Shown piece after piece: positions 48,590-61,223 of a stretch of DNA of 64,000 nt (the stretch's first letter is position 1; each line of letters starts with the position of its first letter). The notes below the pieces were generated by a model that ran no database searches, was not told the DNA's origin, and saw only the letters and a list, made by a program, of their open reading frames with translations. The position numbers were made by a program, and so were the translations under genes. The stretch is from Torpedo marmorata (Eukaryota), in contig OZ360242.1 in NCBI GenBank assembly GCA_977017645.1, forward strand, positions 46,810,001 to 46,874,000, read 5' to 3'.

Positions 48590-49294
48590 TAATAGGAAAA
48601 TGCATTGCAAGAGTTCTATTTAACTTCAATTCATGACAATTTAATTCAGTATTATTTTATGTATGCCCATATTTGTGTTGAATTTGGCTCATCCTAATTT
48701 CTTGTTGCCCTATGTGGAACATTTGCCATGAGAACTATCAATTGAAATGTAAACGCAAGTCAGAACTTTGTTTATTAACAGTATATTAGGCTTCCAGAAG
48801 CTAAATAAAACTTTTTAATTGTAACTTTGTAATCTCATGTCTTTGTTTTGCGTCGTCTTTGATTTTCTGAGTAGCAGTGTTTGTGAAGTATAGCTTCTGG
48901 CATTGCTCAGTTATGGATAATCGGGTTATGCATATTTTGTATTTCACTTGCAAAAATCTGATTTTAGTCTTTAATTTGTTAAGCTGCATTTGTTAATCTA
49001 AAAGTAATCAGAATATCTCCCGTTGGAAAATTGCATTACAACAAACTAAGTAACTGAATAAGCTTAAGGAATGCAGATCAAGGAATCTCCAGTTGTGTGT
49101 TCATTTTCTTGCAGTTAAACAATTGGTCTAAATTTAGGGATATTAGGTGCTTTGCTCTGGTTTATACTTCCTATTTTTGTCACGAATGCCAGAAATGTAA
49201 ATTAGCACCAGGTGATGCAGGATGGCACAGGGGTCAACTTTCAGGCCAAATGGCATATCAAAGTTTGCAGTGAATAAGGCATTTGCTAAAACTA

Positions 49295-50100
49295 TCAAGA
49301 TTCGATTTATTGTCATAGTAATAAAACAGTGTCATATTCCATGAAATTTCTTTTTGCCTGCTGCAAGGCAGACAGATTCGCCACCGGCAGAAACTGCCTG
49401 AGCGCCTCTAACATTCCTTACAGTCAGAGAAAGAGAAGCAAAAGAGAGTCCCCCCCAGAGTCACCGAGTGTCCGTAGATTCGCCTCCAGCGCTTCCGCAG
49501 CCTCACAGAGTCCAGTCCAAACCATTGGCAACACGAGCTCCAGATCCGAACCTCCGACACGCTCAGGAACCCTTCAGCGCCCCCTTGCATCCCGGTTCCG
49601 ATACCAGTTCGAGCCAGTCTCCAGTAGTCCACAGCCCAGCATGAGTCTCCTGATAGCAGTCTCCAGCAGCTCACAGCTTCCGCGGGTTCCTCGCCTCGAG
49701 TTGCCAGCAGCCCGCCGCCTGCACTGGTCCTTCAGCCTCAGCCCCTCACTGGTCCGCTGCCATGGTCACCGTTCTGTGGGTTGTCTCCTCCACTTCCCCT
49801 TCTCAGACAGGGGGTGATCTTCTTGTCCTCTGGTGCCCTGCTCCAGTCCTCCGCTTCCCCGGAGTCTGCCGCCCCTCATGGCTGCTGCCGATTAATAGGC
49901 GCTGCCATCTTGGGCGCAGCTCCCGCAGTCGCGGGATCTCAAAACCACCGTCGTCTCCCGCAACGGGCCGTTCAAAGCCCCGGCAGAGCTGACGGCAGTC
50001 GACTGGGCGGCTGGACCCCGCGGGAGCGCTGCATCTCCGCTCCCTTGTTCCCCGCAGGTCCGCACCAGCGGCAGTGCTGCTGCTACAGCGCCGTCATTTC
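49295..50100 (-). mobile_element. Non-coding retroelement, longest copy (GC-rich 5' half) of the family at 26076 and 52607
   Basis: Same 3' 400 bp as the other copies, extended by CpG-rich sequence; imperfect flanking repeat CATTTGC(T/C)(A/G)AA. Confidence 0.7.
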
Positions 50101-51974
50101 ATCACTACTCATTTGCCGAATGTGAATAAATTTGCCTTTGCCGATACTGACATTAGAGGTGGTGATTTAAGCAATTGGTCAGTAAATGAAAATAAAAACT
50201 TAATGTATAGCAAATAGTCTGAACAACTGGAAGCATCTTCCATAAATAAATTTACTAATTGCAATATTAACAAATGCTTTATATTCTAAAGCTAATTTTG
50301 TCTGTTCATACCAAGAGGTTGCTGTTTATAACCGAAGCAAACAGCTTTTTAGTGTCTCTCAGTTAATATCAGATATTATGATTTGGTTTCCATTTATGTT
50401 CAAGACGAAAATGTTTGATATTTCCTTTTTTAATGTGAGATATTCATAATGGAGAACTGTCATTATTTAGCCCACACTTTGCTGTATTCCATGTAAGGTT
50501 AGCTGTCTGGCTGTACCATATGTAGCTGTACTAGTGCTCTCCTATAACATAAACAATTATTCAAACACAAAGATTTCCATGTACTGCTAGCTGTCGCTGA
50601 TGAATAATTCTTTGTATGCAGTATTGTTTAAGGACCCTACAAAAAAAAATCGCTCTTCGGTACCAACTAAATAAAATGCATTAAGAGAATTGTGCTGATT
50701 CATATGTTGCCATGGAAATGGCAAATGATACTCTCTTGATTTTTGCCATCCCCAAGAAATTATTTGTACACATTAGCGTGATAGCTTATCTTTATACAGA
50801 GGATCCAAAGCTATTCTTGGTGACTGAGGAAAAATAAATCTTCTAAATGTTCCAAGTGCTTGACAATAAATTATCATCATGACTTGGTGGCCAACGAGCC
50901 TGTGTAAGAAATGGAAATAATGACAAGAACAGCAGGGAAATAGTAATGAGTGATTGATCTCCTCAGGCCTGGCCCATTGTTCCATTTGGTCATGGCTGAT
51001 ATTTGTCTTGAGCACCACATTTCTGAACTAGCCCTATGAATTGATTCTTTAATTTCCGATGGTGTTTTGATCTCTGTTTTGAATGCACGCAGTGGGTTAG
51101 CCTCCAGAGCCATTTTTACATGGAGAATTCCATAGATTCACCAACGTTTGGAAGAAGGAAGCTCGACTAATTCCAGAATGGCCTGCCCTCAATTTTCAGA
51201 CCATAATCTCTGCACTCTGCAACACCCAAGTCAGGGGAAACATCATTTCTCCATCTACTCTTCAGCCTTGTATGTTTCCATGTATAAAAGTGCTGCACTG
51301 CATTGCTCATCCTCCATTCTAGTGCGTGTCGGCCCAGTCTGCTTAATCTCACCTCTCCCAAAAAGACTCAAGACTGAAATAAGGAAATATTTCTCCCAGA
51401 GAGTGATGAAGCTCTGAAAATCTGTACCGCAGCAGATGAATGCAAACCATTAAATATATGCAAAGAGTTAATTGTTTTTCTTACAGCAAGGTGGATCAAG
51501 GGACATGGGGAGAAAGGAAAAAAAAAACCAGAATTTGATGATCAGCCATGGTGGAAAAGATTTGATGGGCCAAATGGCCTTCTGCTATTTTTCCATTTCT
51601 ATCTGATTGAAGATCAGGTGAAAATCTTATTTTGCCAATTCTAACCTTAAAAATTTAACAGATTTATCAAGCGTGACTTCATTATCATAAATCCATGTTG
51701 GTTCCTCCAGCGCCTGTTATTATTTTCTATATGTCCTCTTGCCACTTTGTAACAGATTTTAGCATTCTTGCTACCACTTATGTCCCGCTGGACGGCCTTT
51801 TGACTCTTGTTTTCTCTCCTCTTTAATCGTGGGGTTATGCTTGCTTTTGGAAGATGATAATTTAAGCATCTACTATCTCCATCTTTCAAAATTTTAAGGT
51901 GGGGTGCAGGGCAACGCGTTCTGAAAATTTTTTTGGGTGTCAGTCCTATTCTCCAATGCTAATTGTTTTTACCA

Positions 51975-52225
51975 ATTACACCGAACAACAATTTTTTTCA
52001 AATTGTTTGCTTCCTGAAACAAAATTGGGGATTATGATAGACAACTTCAAGCTGAACACAAAGATAATTTCAGATTTGCTGTATCGCGTAGAAAGTTGGA
52101 GAAACATTAAATTAACTTTTATTGAATTTAGCATGGTTAATCGCATAGTGATGCAGATACAAGTTGACGGCACATGTTGCAAAACAAATGTGAGGAGCCC
52201 AGGGTTTGTCTTGGTCACCAAATTT
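51975..52225. repeat. Interspersed repeat fragment with an inverted copy at about 59165-59410
   Basis: AAATTGGGGATTATGATAGACAACTTCAAGCTGAACA matches the reverse complement of TGTTCAGCTTGAAGTTGTCTATCATAATCCCCAATTT; similarity extends about 250 bp. Confidence 0.8.
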
Positions 52226-52606
52226 ACAACCGAAGTAGAGCACGTAGGCTTAATAAGTGCAGTTATGCTGTGTCTTTGAGCCTTAAGCGTATACTCGCCA
52301 CAAATGTAAACAGAATGTATCGCAGCTGTTGCGACATTGACAACATTTCTGCTGTATTGAATCTTCCTGAAGACAATAAATGCCATTGTTAAGTATACTC
52401 ACTATGCTATTGCCTGAAGAACATGTGCATGGACATGCTTTCCATCTATATCAATGTAATGCACAGTATCTGCATATGTGAGCTGCTTTCATAGCCTGAC
52501 TGACTAAACATGCCCAGGCCTAAGACAACATTTAAATAGCACCTGCACTGAGTGCATGCCCAGGTATGTTTGGACTGACCAAAACAGCTTGCTTTGTGGG
52601 AAATAT

Positions 52607-52900
52607 TCAAGATTTAATTTGTCATGTAATAAAACAGTGTCATATTTCACAAAATTACTTTTGTCTGCTGTAAGGCAGACAGATTCCCTTTGGCAGAAAT
52701 TGCCTGAAGCACCTCTTACAGTCAGAGAAAGAGAAGCAAAAGAGAGTCCCCCTCAGAGTCACTGAGTGTCCGTGGATTCGCCTCCAGCGCTCCTGCAGCC
52801 ACACAGTCCAGTCCAAACCATCGGCAACCCAAGCTCCAGATTTGAAATTCCAATAGCATGAGAAACCCTTCAACGCCCTCAGCAATCTCTCGCATCTCGG
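52607..52900 (-). mobile_element. Non-coding retroelement, copy 3 (truncated)
   Basis: Homologous to 26076-26462 and 49295-49600. Confidence 0.7.
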
Positions 52901-53094
52901 TTCCAATATACTAATGGACTTAAAATATGACAGAATATCACAAAATAGGTTATAGCTGAAAACGGTATGTGATAGGAAACTTTTAAGGAGATTTTCCTGA
53001 TCAACAGTCCAAAATCCATAAACTACACCCAAAAGTGTTCAGGAAGCAAAATCGTTGATATCCAGTGTTATATTTTTGGCTCCTCCTTCTGTCG

Positions 53095-53305
53095 AGGTGA
53101 AGGGGGAGATTGAACAGGAATCCTGAGAGGTCACTTTTTTACACAGAGGCCGGAGGGTGCGTGGAATGGGCTGCCGAGGAGGTGGTTGCAATATTTAAGA
53201 AAAAATTGGACAGATACATGGATCGGATGGATTTAGAAGGATATGGGCCCAACGCAGGCAAGTAGGATTAGTGTGGGTGGGACATTTTGGTTGGCGTGGG
53301 CGCTA
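53095..53305 (+). mobile_element. CR1-like LINE 3' fragment
   Basis: TTTTTTACACAGAGG...GTGCGTGGAATGGGCTGCC...GGATATGGGCCCAACGCAGGCAA is typical CR1 3'-end text. Confidence 0.6.
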
Positions 53306-54568
53306 CATGACACTATGAAACCCCTTTTCCTCTATCTCCAGGGGCGTCATTTTAATTTCTATAAATACACACATATTTGGTTAATTTCTCTGCCATTCCC
53401 ATTATTCCCAATTTCATTTTTCTAGTTTCAATCTGTAAGGAATCCACGTTAACGCCAATCTTTCCCATTATAAATATGTATAGAAGCTTTCACAATCTAT
53501 TTGTTTCTTCTTAGATTACATTGTATTGTACTTTCCTGTATTGACCTGCAGTGACTGAGTCTAGAAGATCTATTGTGACATGTATTTAAGGTATGATTGT
53601 GAATTGTCATGAACTGCACTTACCGAAGTAAGCCGTTAATTTAAAAAGATTGTTTCCATCACGAATTATACAATCATATATAACAGCTTGAGATGAGGGA
53701 TACCCTACGAACCTGTCATCTCCACCTGTTTAAAACATTTGATGTGCAATGACGTTTGCAATGAACAGGGATACAGCGAACAGCTGATCTTTCAACACAT
53801 TTTATTTCACTGCGTGAAAGGATTGTTTGCAGAGCTGCAATAATTCATGCCGGGAAAGCGGAAGTCAACAGGATGTATCTATCTGGTCATAGTCCCCTGG
53901 ATGTCGATGGTGAGGAATGCACGGGTCTCCAAACATACAGCGCCAAATAAAAACAAATTCATTCAGTCCCTGGGTCCATCTCATGCCTCAGAATTTTCTC
54001 TCCAGGCTTTCTCCGTGGCGGATGCTATTCAGCTTGTTGTCAGGCTTAAGCGTTTGTTTATTAATACAAAGTTGGTGTAGCAACTGGAAATTTTCCCGTG
54101 CAGTGTTCACATAGGTTGTTGCTTACACTTGATCTTCAGAGTGTACAAGGTGTTAGGTCACATTCTCGAAGGCGATGCCACAATGTTTCATCAAGGGACT
54201 CCATAAGTGGTGCCAGCTGACAAATGACTCAGCGGCGTGGCGTTCGAGGGGGGGGGGGTGGATTTTATGTTTTAATGCAATAAGGCACCGCAAACTTGCG
54301 TATTGTAACCATTAGTGAAATCCATCGATGCCAAGAACTGAAGGGCTCCTTTGCTCCACAGGACCAACCAGTCGCCTGGCTTAACTGCTTCCACCCCATC
54401 TCTGAGAGCTCAGAGTCAAACGTCTGCCCCAGCCAGCAGCCACCAGCTCGCGGTATCCTCCGTTTTCTTATCTCTCCAAACTCACCTTCCTCGATCCTCT
54501 CGCCATTAAACTGCTAACCAGCAAAGTTGTCTTCCTACATCTCAGCTGTTCTGCGTGTTCTCACTCTT

Positions 54569-55854
54569 TTTTTTTGGAATATTTTATTTGTATTTTTTAA
54601 AGCCGAACATATTATCTCAATAACAAAAATAATACATCATCAAATATAATATTCGTCTGTTGACTATTATACTAAAAAACAACAACAAAATTACAAACAA
54701 AGGAAAACCCACCCACCTAATTCCCCCATAAAAGAAAAAAAAGAGAGGAATAGAATAAGAAAAGGTTGAAGTAGAAAAGGAAAGAAGACGTTGGAGGTTC
54801 GTCACCCACCCCGCAGGCTTAAATTACTTGGCATACTCGGATTTCTGAAGAGGAAATGGACATAGGTCCTGGAGGCGAGGGTGGGGGGTGGGGGTGGGGG
54901 GCCTGGTTATAGATTTACAGCCATGTGTTGTAAATATGGAGTCCAAATCTTTAAAAATATATCATATCTATTTCTAAGATTATAGGTAATCTTTTCAAGG
55001 GGAACACAACTGTACATTTCCTCATTCCATCTTGTCATACCTAGATGGGAATCAGACTTCCATGTGACCGCTATACATTTCCTGGCCACCGCCAATGCGA
55101 TCTCTACAAATTTTATTTGAAATTTTGACAGCCTCATCTTAGGTCTTATGCTGGAGATATTGCCCAATAGAAATAATTCTGGGCGTTGTGGGAACTGAAT
55201 TTCTGTAATTTGTTCTAAGAGTTTCCCTAAGTCCGTCCAGAAAGGTTTTACTTTGGGGCATGACCAGGTTAAATGTAAAAACGTTCCTATTTCTTTGCCG
55301 CATCTAAAACATTTATCTGATATTTCTGATTTAAATTTATTCAATTTTTGCGGCGTGAGATACAACTGGTGCAAAAAATTGTATTGCACCAGTCTGTATC
55401 TCACATTTATTGTGTTTTTCATACTGTCCCGACATAAGTCAGACCAGTCTTGTTCATTAATTATTATATCCAAGTCTGACTCCCATCTCTGTCTAGATCT
55501 ATGAAGCCCCTGTTTAGGGGTTCCTTTTTATAGTAAAAAATAGGCTGCTGAAATAAACTTCTTTGTGATCCCCTTTCGAATCAAAGTCTCCACTTCACTG
55601 CATTCCGGTAGGGTCATTGATGAGCCCAATTTATCCCTTAAGTAAGATCTCAGCTGGAAATAGCAGAAGTGTATTATTCATAATACCATACTTATTTTTA
55701 ATTGTTCAAATGACATAAGTTGTCCCTGCTTATAGCAATCCTCGACACATCTGATCCCTTTCGGGGACCAGGCATCCAGGATCTTATTATCCATTTTAAA
55801 AGGTATACACCTATTTTGAGCCAGGGGCGTTTTTGGAGATAACCTACCCTTATT
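54569..55854 (-). mobile_element. 5'-truncated L1-clade LINE (ORF2 C-terminus, 3' UTR, A-tail)
   Basis: ORF 54907-55473: [49 protein letters not shown]. Flanked by GTGTTCTCACTCTT at 54555 and 55855. Confidence 0.92.
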
Positions 55855-55868
55855 GTGTTCTCACTCTT

Positions 55869-56550
55869 TAAAAAATATATATATTTTTAATTTTCAAAAA
55901 TTTTTTACATTAATGAACCACCACGAAATATACACAAGTTTCAAACGTATCAAATACAATATACATTACCCCCCTAACCCTCCCTTCCCCACCAAAAGGA
56001 AAAAGAATATAACCAAAACAAAAAGAAAAAGAAAGAAAACTAAATGTACCGTCAGTGCTTACACCTTTTGTAAAGATTTGGGGATGTCACACCCTTAAGT
56101 AATTATACATTACATGATATCATACCTCAGGGGTTTGATTACAACTGAGCACCAATGTGCTCCAAGTACGGTTGCCACACTTTAACAAAGTTATCATATT
56201 TATTTCTAAGACAAAATGTAATTTTTTCCATGGGGATACAGCTGTACATTTCCGTAGACCATCGAGTGATGAGAAGTGGGGAGTCAGACTTCCAAGTAAC
56301 TGCAATGCATTTTTTTGCTACGGACAGAGCAACTTTTACAAATTGAATTTGGAATTTGGATAATCTGTTGCTTATGTCCATGAGGTTTCCTAAAAGATAC
56401 AACTCCGGGTCTAGTGGGAAGGCTACTCCCGTAATCCTAGTTAGTACGTTAGCTAAATCATGCCAAAAGGGCCTTACCTTTGCACATGACCAAGTAGAGT
56501 GTAAAAAGGATCCAATTTCTATACCACACCTGAAACACATTTCTGATATT
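55869..56550 (-). mobile_element. Second, different 5'-truncated L1-clade LINE
   Basis: ORF 56139-56540: MCFRCGIEIGSFLHSTWSC...CIAVTWKSD...PMEKITF, with a different 3' UTR. Flanked by GTGTTCTCACTCTT at 55855 and 56553. Confidence 0.92.
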
Positions 56551-59500
56551 GTGTGTTCTCACTCTTGAGAAAATGTCCCCTCTCCTTTAAATTTGCCGTC
56601 ATCATCTCTTCAAACAGAAACCCTTTCACCGCACTGACCTTGCAAATTATCACATCATCTCCATCTTCCCTCGGCCCAATCTGAACCTGTTACAGCCTCC
56701 CATCTTTCAGTCTCTTTTCGTTGTTAAAAGATGATGCCCTTGCACTGTTGTAACTGTACTTTCCTCTGCCCTGCACTTTGTCTTGCTAACACTTAGACCG
56801 ACACTCTTTGACTTGCTTTGACACCCTGCACTTTTGTTTTATTATTGCACTACCTCCTGTACTTAAGTGTGGGTTGACTTGCCTGGATAGCACTCAAAAT
56901 AAAGCTTGTCACGGAATCTCGGTACACGTGACAATAAACAGTTCAATTCAATTCCCATACCTTATTTATATCTACCCCTGTCAGTACCGATAAGTCCAAT
57001 CAATGTGATTGTGACGGAGGTAATCGAGTCATTCCCTGCCTGGCCTGTTTGTTTTGACAAAACCATTCTTCTCCTCCGCTGCCTCGACACATTGTCCGTC
57101 TAGATGTCACTTCATTCGCTTGGTTCAATTCTTTCCCATTCCGTTGTAGCCAGAAGACCTTCCTTTGCTATTTTTTTTCATGAACACGTATTTAATGACA
57201 GCGACCACGTCACCACGTTGACCCATCCACCGTCCTTAACTTGTCTGAAACCTACTCTCTTGCTCCTGATTCTTCGGAAAGAGAACGAGTTTACGAACTC
57301 GGTGTCCAATTTGACCTCGAGAAGATCTTCAGACAGCATAATTGCACCATCACTAAGACCACCTCTCTAGCTCTCTCTGTTACGCCAGCCACCTGCCTTT
57401 ATTTCCGATCAAACTTGAATATTCAAATGAATTTGGCCCGCTCGTTCTGCCTCTCTAAACTTGAAATCACGCCACCCTGTGTGTTATCTGACAACAATGA
57501 TTTGAAAATACTCCGTGGTCTCGGTCTCGTCCTTAGTTATATATGTAACTTTCTCCACTTATGCAACCTGTTTTCTTTCCATTCACACTCAGTTTGACCT
57601 GCTGAGTTTCTCCAGCATTGTGGTTTTTTACTTCTTTCCATTCTGCTCTCTTGCTCATCCCCAAATTATACAGCAAGATCCACTCTGGAATTTCCTCCCT
57701 AAACCGCTGGGTCTCTCTTTCCCCATTTCCACGGTTAGTACCTACTCCGGACAAAGCTGCAAAATATAGCTATTCTCCAAGTGTCTCAATGGTGATGTTA
57801 GCAATTATGATACACAAGTACCGCGCACGACGAGTGAGATCCTGGGCGACACTGACAGCGCCTCCTTTGGGGGATGTCTCTTTACTGTTTCCATCCACAG
57901 CCAGCGATACTGTGGAAAACAGAATGGTGCGTATTCCTGATCATTAGTTCGGCAATAAAACTTCGTTAAACTGTTGCAAAACCCTGTCTGTGGTTTCATC
58001 GCGGGCACAAAGGATTTACCGGCGCAATCTAACGTCGAATTCCGGATTGCAAAGTAAGTACAGTAAATAAGATCGCTTAAAAATGGTCAACATTCAATTT
58101 CACGCCCGTCTCTCTCTCTCTCTCACTCCCACCTATCTCCCCCTCTCTCCTGCTCTCTTTCTTTCTCTCTCTCTTTCTCTCCACCCCTCCCCTCTCCCCA
58201 ACGGTTTTGCAGACAGAATGGTCAGAACGAAACAGTCGACGAAACATAGTCGATTGCAACGGTGGAACCAAAATTTCAGACCATTATTTATGGCTTTATA
58301 CCAGACAAACGTCCGCGGTTATTTCGATGCTTGTAAATCAGAATCAGAATTTATTGTCATGAACAAGTCATGAAATTCGGTGTCAGCACATTGGTTACAA
58401 GGAAGTGAGTGAAAATCTTCAGTGGCCTTTTAGGAACATTCGAGCGCCAAAACGACCACGACATTGAGAATTTGCAACAAAATCTCGGCAAAAAAGTTAT
58501 CAAACGGCTCCTGGTAGAGATAGAGAAATACCGTTTCACACGACTGGGTTTATAAGTAAATGAACATCATTGTTTCTCAATTTCAGAAAGTGATAAATAC
58601 TCCGGTTAACTTCATACTGCTACGAACATTGAGACTTAAAAATCGCAATTCAACAGGCCGAACAAGGTGGGAAGACAACAAAAAGTTATGTTATGGCAAA
58701 GGTGGGCTGGAGTGATTTTGAATGAACAACATGACATTGCAAACCCAATTCGTCACGTTAAAGGGGCGCTGGACAAAGTAGCGACCCTCTGTCTGCCTTA
58801 CGGTAGACAAAGTTAAAGAATTTCATGTATGTTACATTCTAAATGTAGTATTACGTGACAATAATGGAACCTTTACCTTTACCTTTTTACCTTTAAATTA
58901 TACCTTATTACCAAAATCCTTACATGTTTTCATCTGCCTGAGCCTTTCTCTCCTTCGACGCATATACAGTATCAATTATTATTTAAGTATGTCCTTGTTT
59001 CCCCAGTCTATACTCCGTGTGCTTGCCGCAGTGCGGTTTCACACTTTTCCATGTGGTATTGTATTTTTGTATCCAGGAGCCAGAAAGCAAACGAAAGAAG
59101 CAGGAAGACTGGGCTGAAACCAAGCGATCAATAAGGTGAGAGTCTTAGACTGGCCACCAGGTCCGCGCCGACCACCAACCCCTCACATTTGTTGTGCAAC
59201 ACGTGCAGTCAACCTGAGAGCTTGTGTCAGCATCATTATGCGATTAAACATGCTAAGTTCAATAAAAGTTAATTTAATGTTTTTCCAATGTCCTGCTTGA
59301 TACAGCAAATCTGAAATGATCTTTATGTTCAGCTTGAAGTTGTCTATCATAATCCCCAATTTTTTACAGGAAGCAAACCTTTTGAAAAAATGTGTTGTCC
59401 AGTGTTATATTTTGATTACATAGTGAATAATCACTGATCCATTATAGAAGATTGACCATGCTGACTGATGGATTTGTGGTGCCTCTTCGCATTTGGAAAG

Positions 59501-60008
59501 CCAGTTACTGATTTCGGACACTGGAGGATAGAATCTAAACAACATAGAGTGCAAAATAGGGGCATACTACCAGTGCAATACACAAATGTGCTGAAGCAAC
59601 TCAGCATATCATGCAGCATCCATTGGAAGTAAAGGGTAACCAATGTTTTGGCCTGGGGCCTTCTGTCAGGAACAAGGATCAGTCTTGCATAACAACAGTG
59701 ATAACCCTGCAAAAGTGATTGCAAAGTGCTCGACATCCTGAGGTTGATGAATATCTTTCTTCAAAATATTTGTGTGTCCCTAGACTTTGAAATATGCCTT
59801 ATAAATGCAGGTGCTTCTTTTTCTGTTTATCTCCTCCCCTCCACATACTCAATGTGACATTCTCAGTTGGACACACTGTCCAGACAAATCTACTTAAATG
59901 CCAGTGCAAGTTACCCATTATATCTCTGTGCCATCAATGCCTCCTGGACAGAAGGTGTAGGACGTACAACCCTTTAAATTTGCATTACCATTCAAGAAGA
60001 GATGAGTA

Positions 60009-60202
60009 AAACAAAAGAGACTGCAGACACCGTGATTGAAGTAAAAACACAACGCTGGAGAAACTCAGCAGGTCAAACAGTGTCCTTTATGTAGCAAAGA
60101 TAAAGATACATAACCAATGTTTCGGGCTTGAGCCCTGCATGATGAAGCTGGAAACGTTGGTCATGTACCTTTATCTTTGCTACATAAAGTACACAGTTTG
60201 AC
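60009..60202. mobile_element. Second palindromic Penelope-tail element
   Basis: Arm 60072-60124 is the reverse complement of about 60151-60202; the spacer contains TGATGA...GAAACGTT. Confidence 0.7.
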
Positions 60203-60379
60203 TTTAACCACATGAAACTATGTAAATGTAAATACGTATGATATTGTAATTTAAAGGTGTAATTTTAATTTTGCTAGTTGTTTATCTCACTACTATTGCC
60301 ATTACATTCAGCGATATACGGGAATTACGATTTACATTAGTACAAAAAACATTACTAAGGATTCTGTATGGTCTGGTAA

Positions 60380-60444
60380 TGGAGGGGGTCCGTGAGGTGG
60401 GGGGGGGGGCGGGTGACACCATGAGTTACCGCACTGGGTGACAC
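60380..60444 (-). mobile_element. Possible hAT-type DNA transposon terminus
   Basis: The minus strand begins CAATGGCGTCACTTGGGTTGGTGTCACCC with repeated GGTGTCACCC; no partner end was identified. Confidence 0.35.
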
Positions 60445-61223
60445 CAACCCAAGTGACGCCATTGCCCCAGTTGTATCTATCTCAGCCTAACAGGAACTTC
60501 GAAGTTTTGATCTTAGAAGCTAAAAACGATTGGACTCTAAAGATGATGTGCGAGGATATGGAGCTTAATCCAGTCATTTACATTCACGTGTAACTTTAAA
60601 ATTGAAAGAATATTATAAACTGTGTTTGGAAGAAATAATTTAACAAATATCGGAATATACAGGAAACATCTAGCCAGGGTAGGCGTGGTTAGGAAATCTG
60701 ATTAAATCTTTGTAGAAAATATAGGTCTGAACAGATTTTTCAAAGGACAAGTTTTTGAAATTCTAGAAAGTGAATTTCAGTTTGAATCTTTGCTACCAAT
60801 GTTGGAGAAAATAGACCAGAAATTTAACATGCAGTGGCAAATGTGGGGGGGGGGGACATAAATGCACTGTAGAACTAGAGTAGGCTCAGGGAGACTGTGG
60901 AGAATGGCCACAAATGATTTTGAAGCTGAAAGATTATGAATGGGGAATCGAAGTAGGTCAGCATGCATAGGGATGATAAACGAGGAGAACAGTATGGACA
61001 GTAGGCTTTGAATAGATGCAAGGCTGAGGTAGATAGAAGTGGGAATGACAAGGAAATGGAGATCAAGACAGGAAATAGAGTTGAGGCCACAATCTCTCCC
61101 TGTGCCATTAGTATCCTTGTGGGATAGCTCCGATGCTACGGAAGACCGATCTTTGCAGTGATATGCCAGCAAAGTAATTTCACTATCTTGTACGTATTTC
61201 TGTTTTTGCAGATTACTAGGAAA

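Noticed and set aside
53560-54260. Possible decayed DNA-transposon coding region ending near CAGCGGCGTGGCG
   Set aside because: No continuous frame, catalytic motif or matching terminal repeat could be established by eye.
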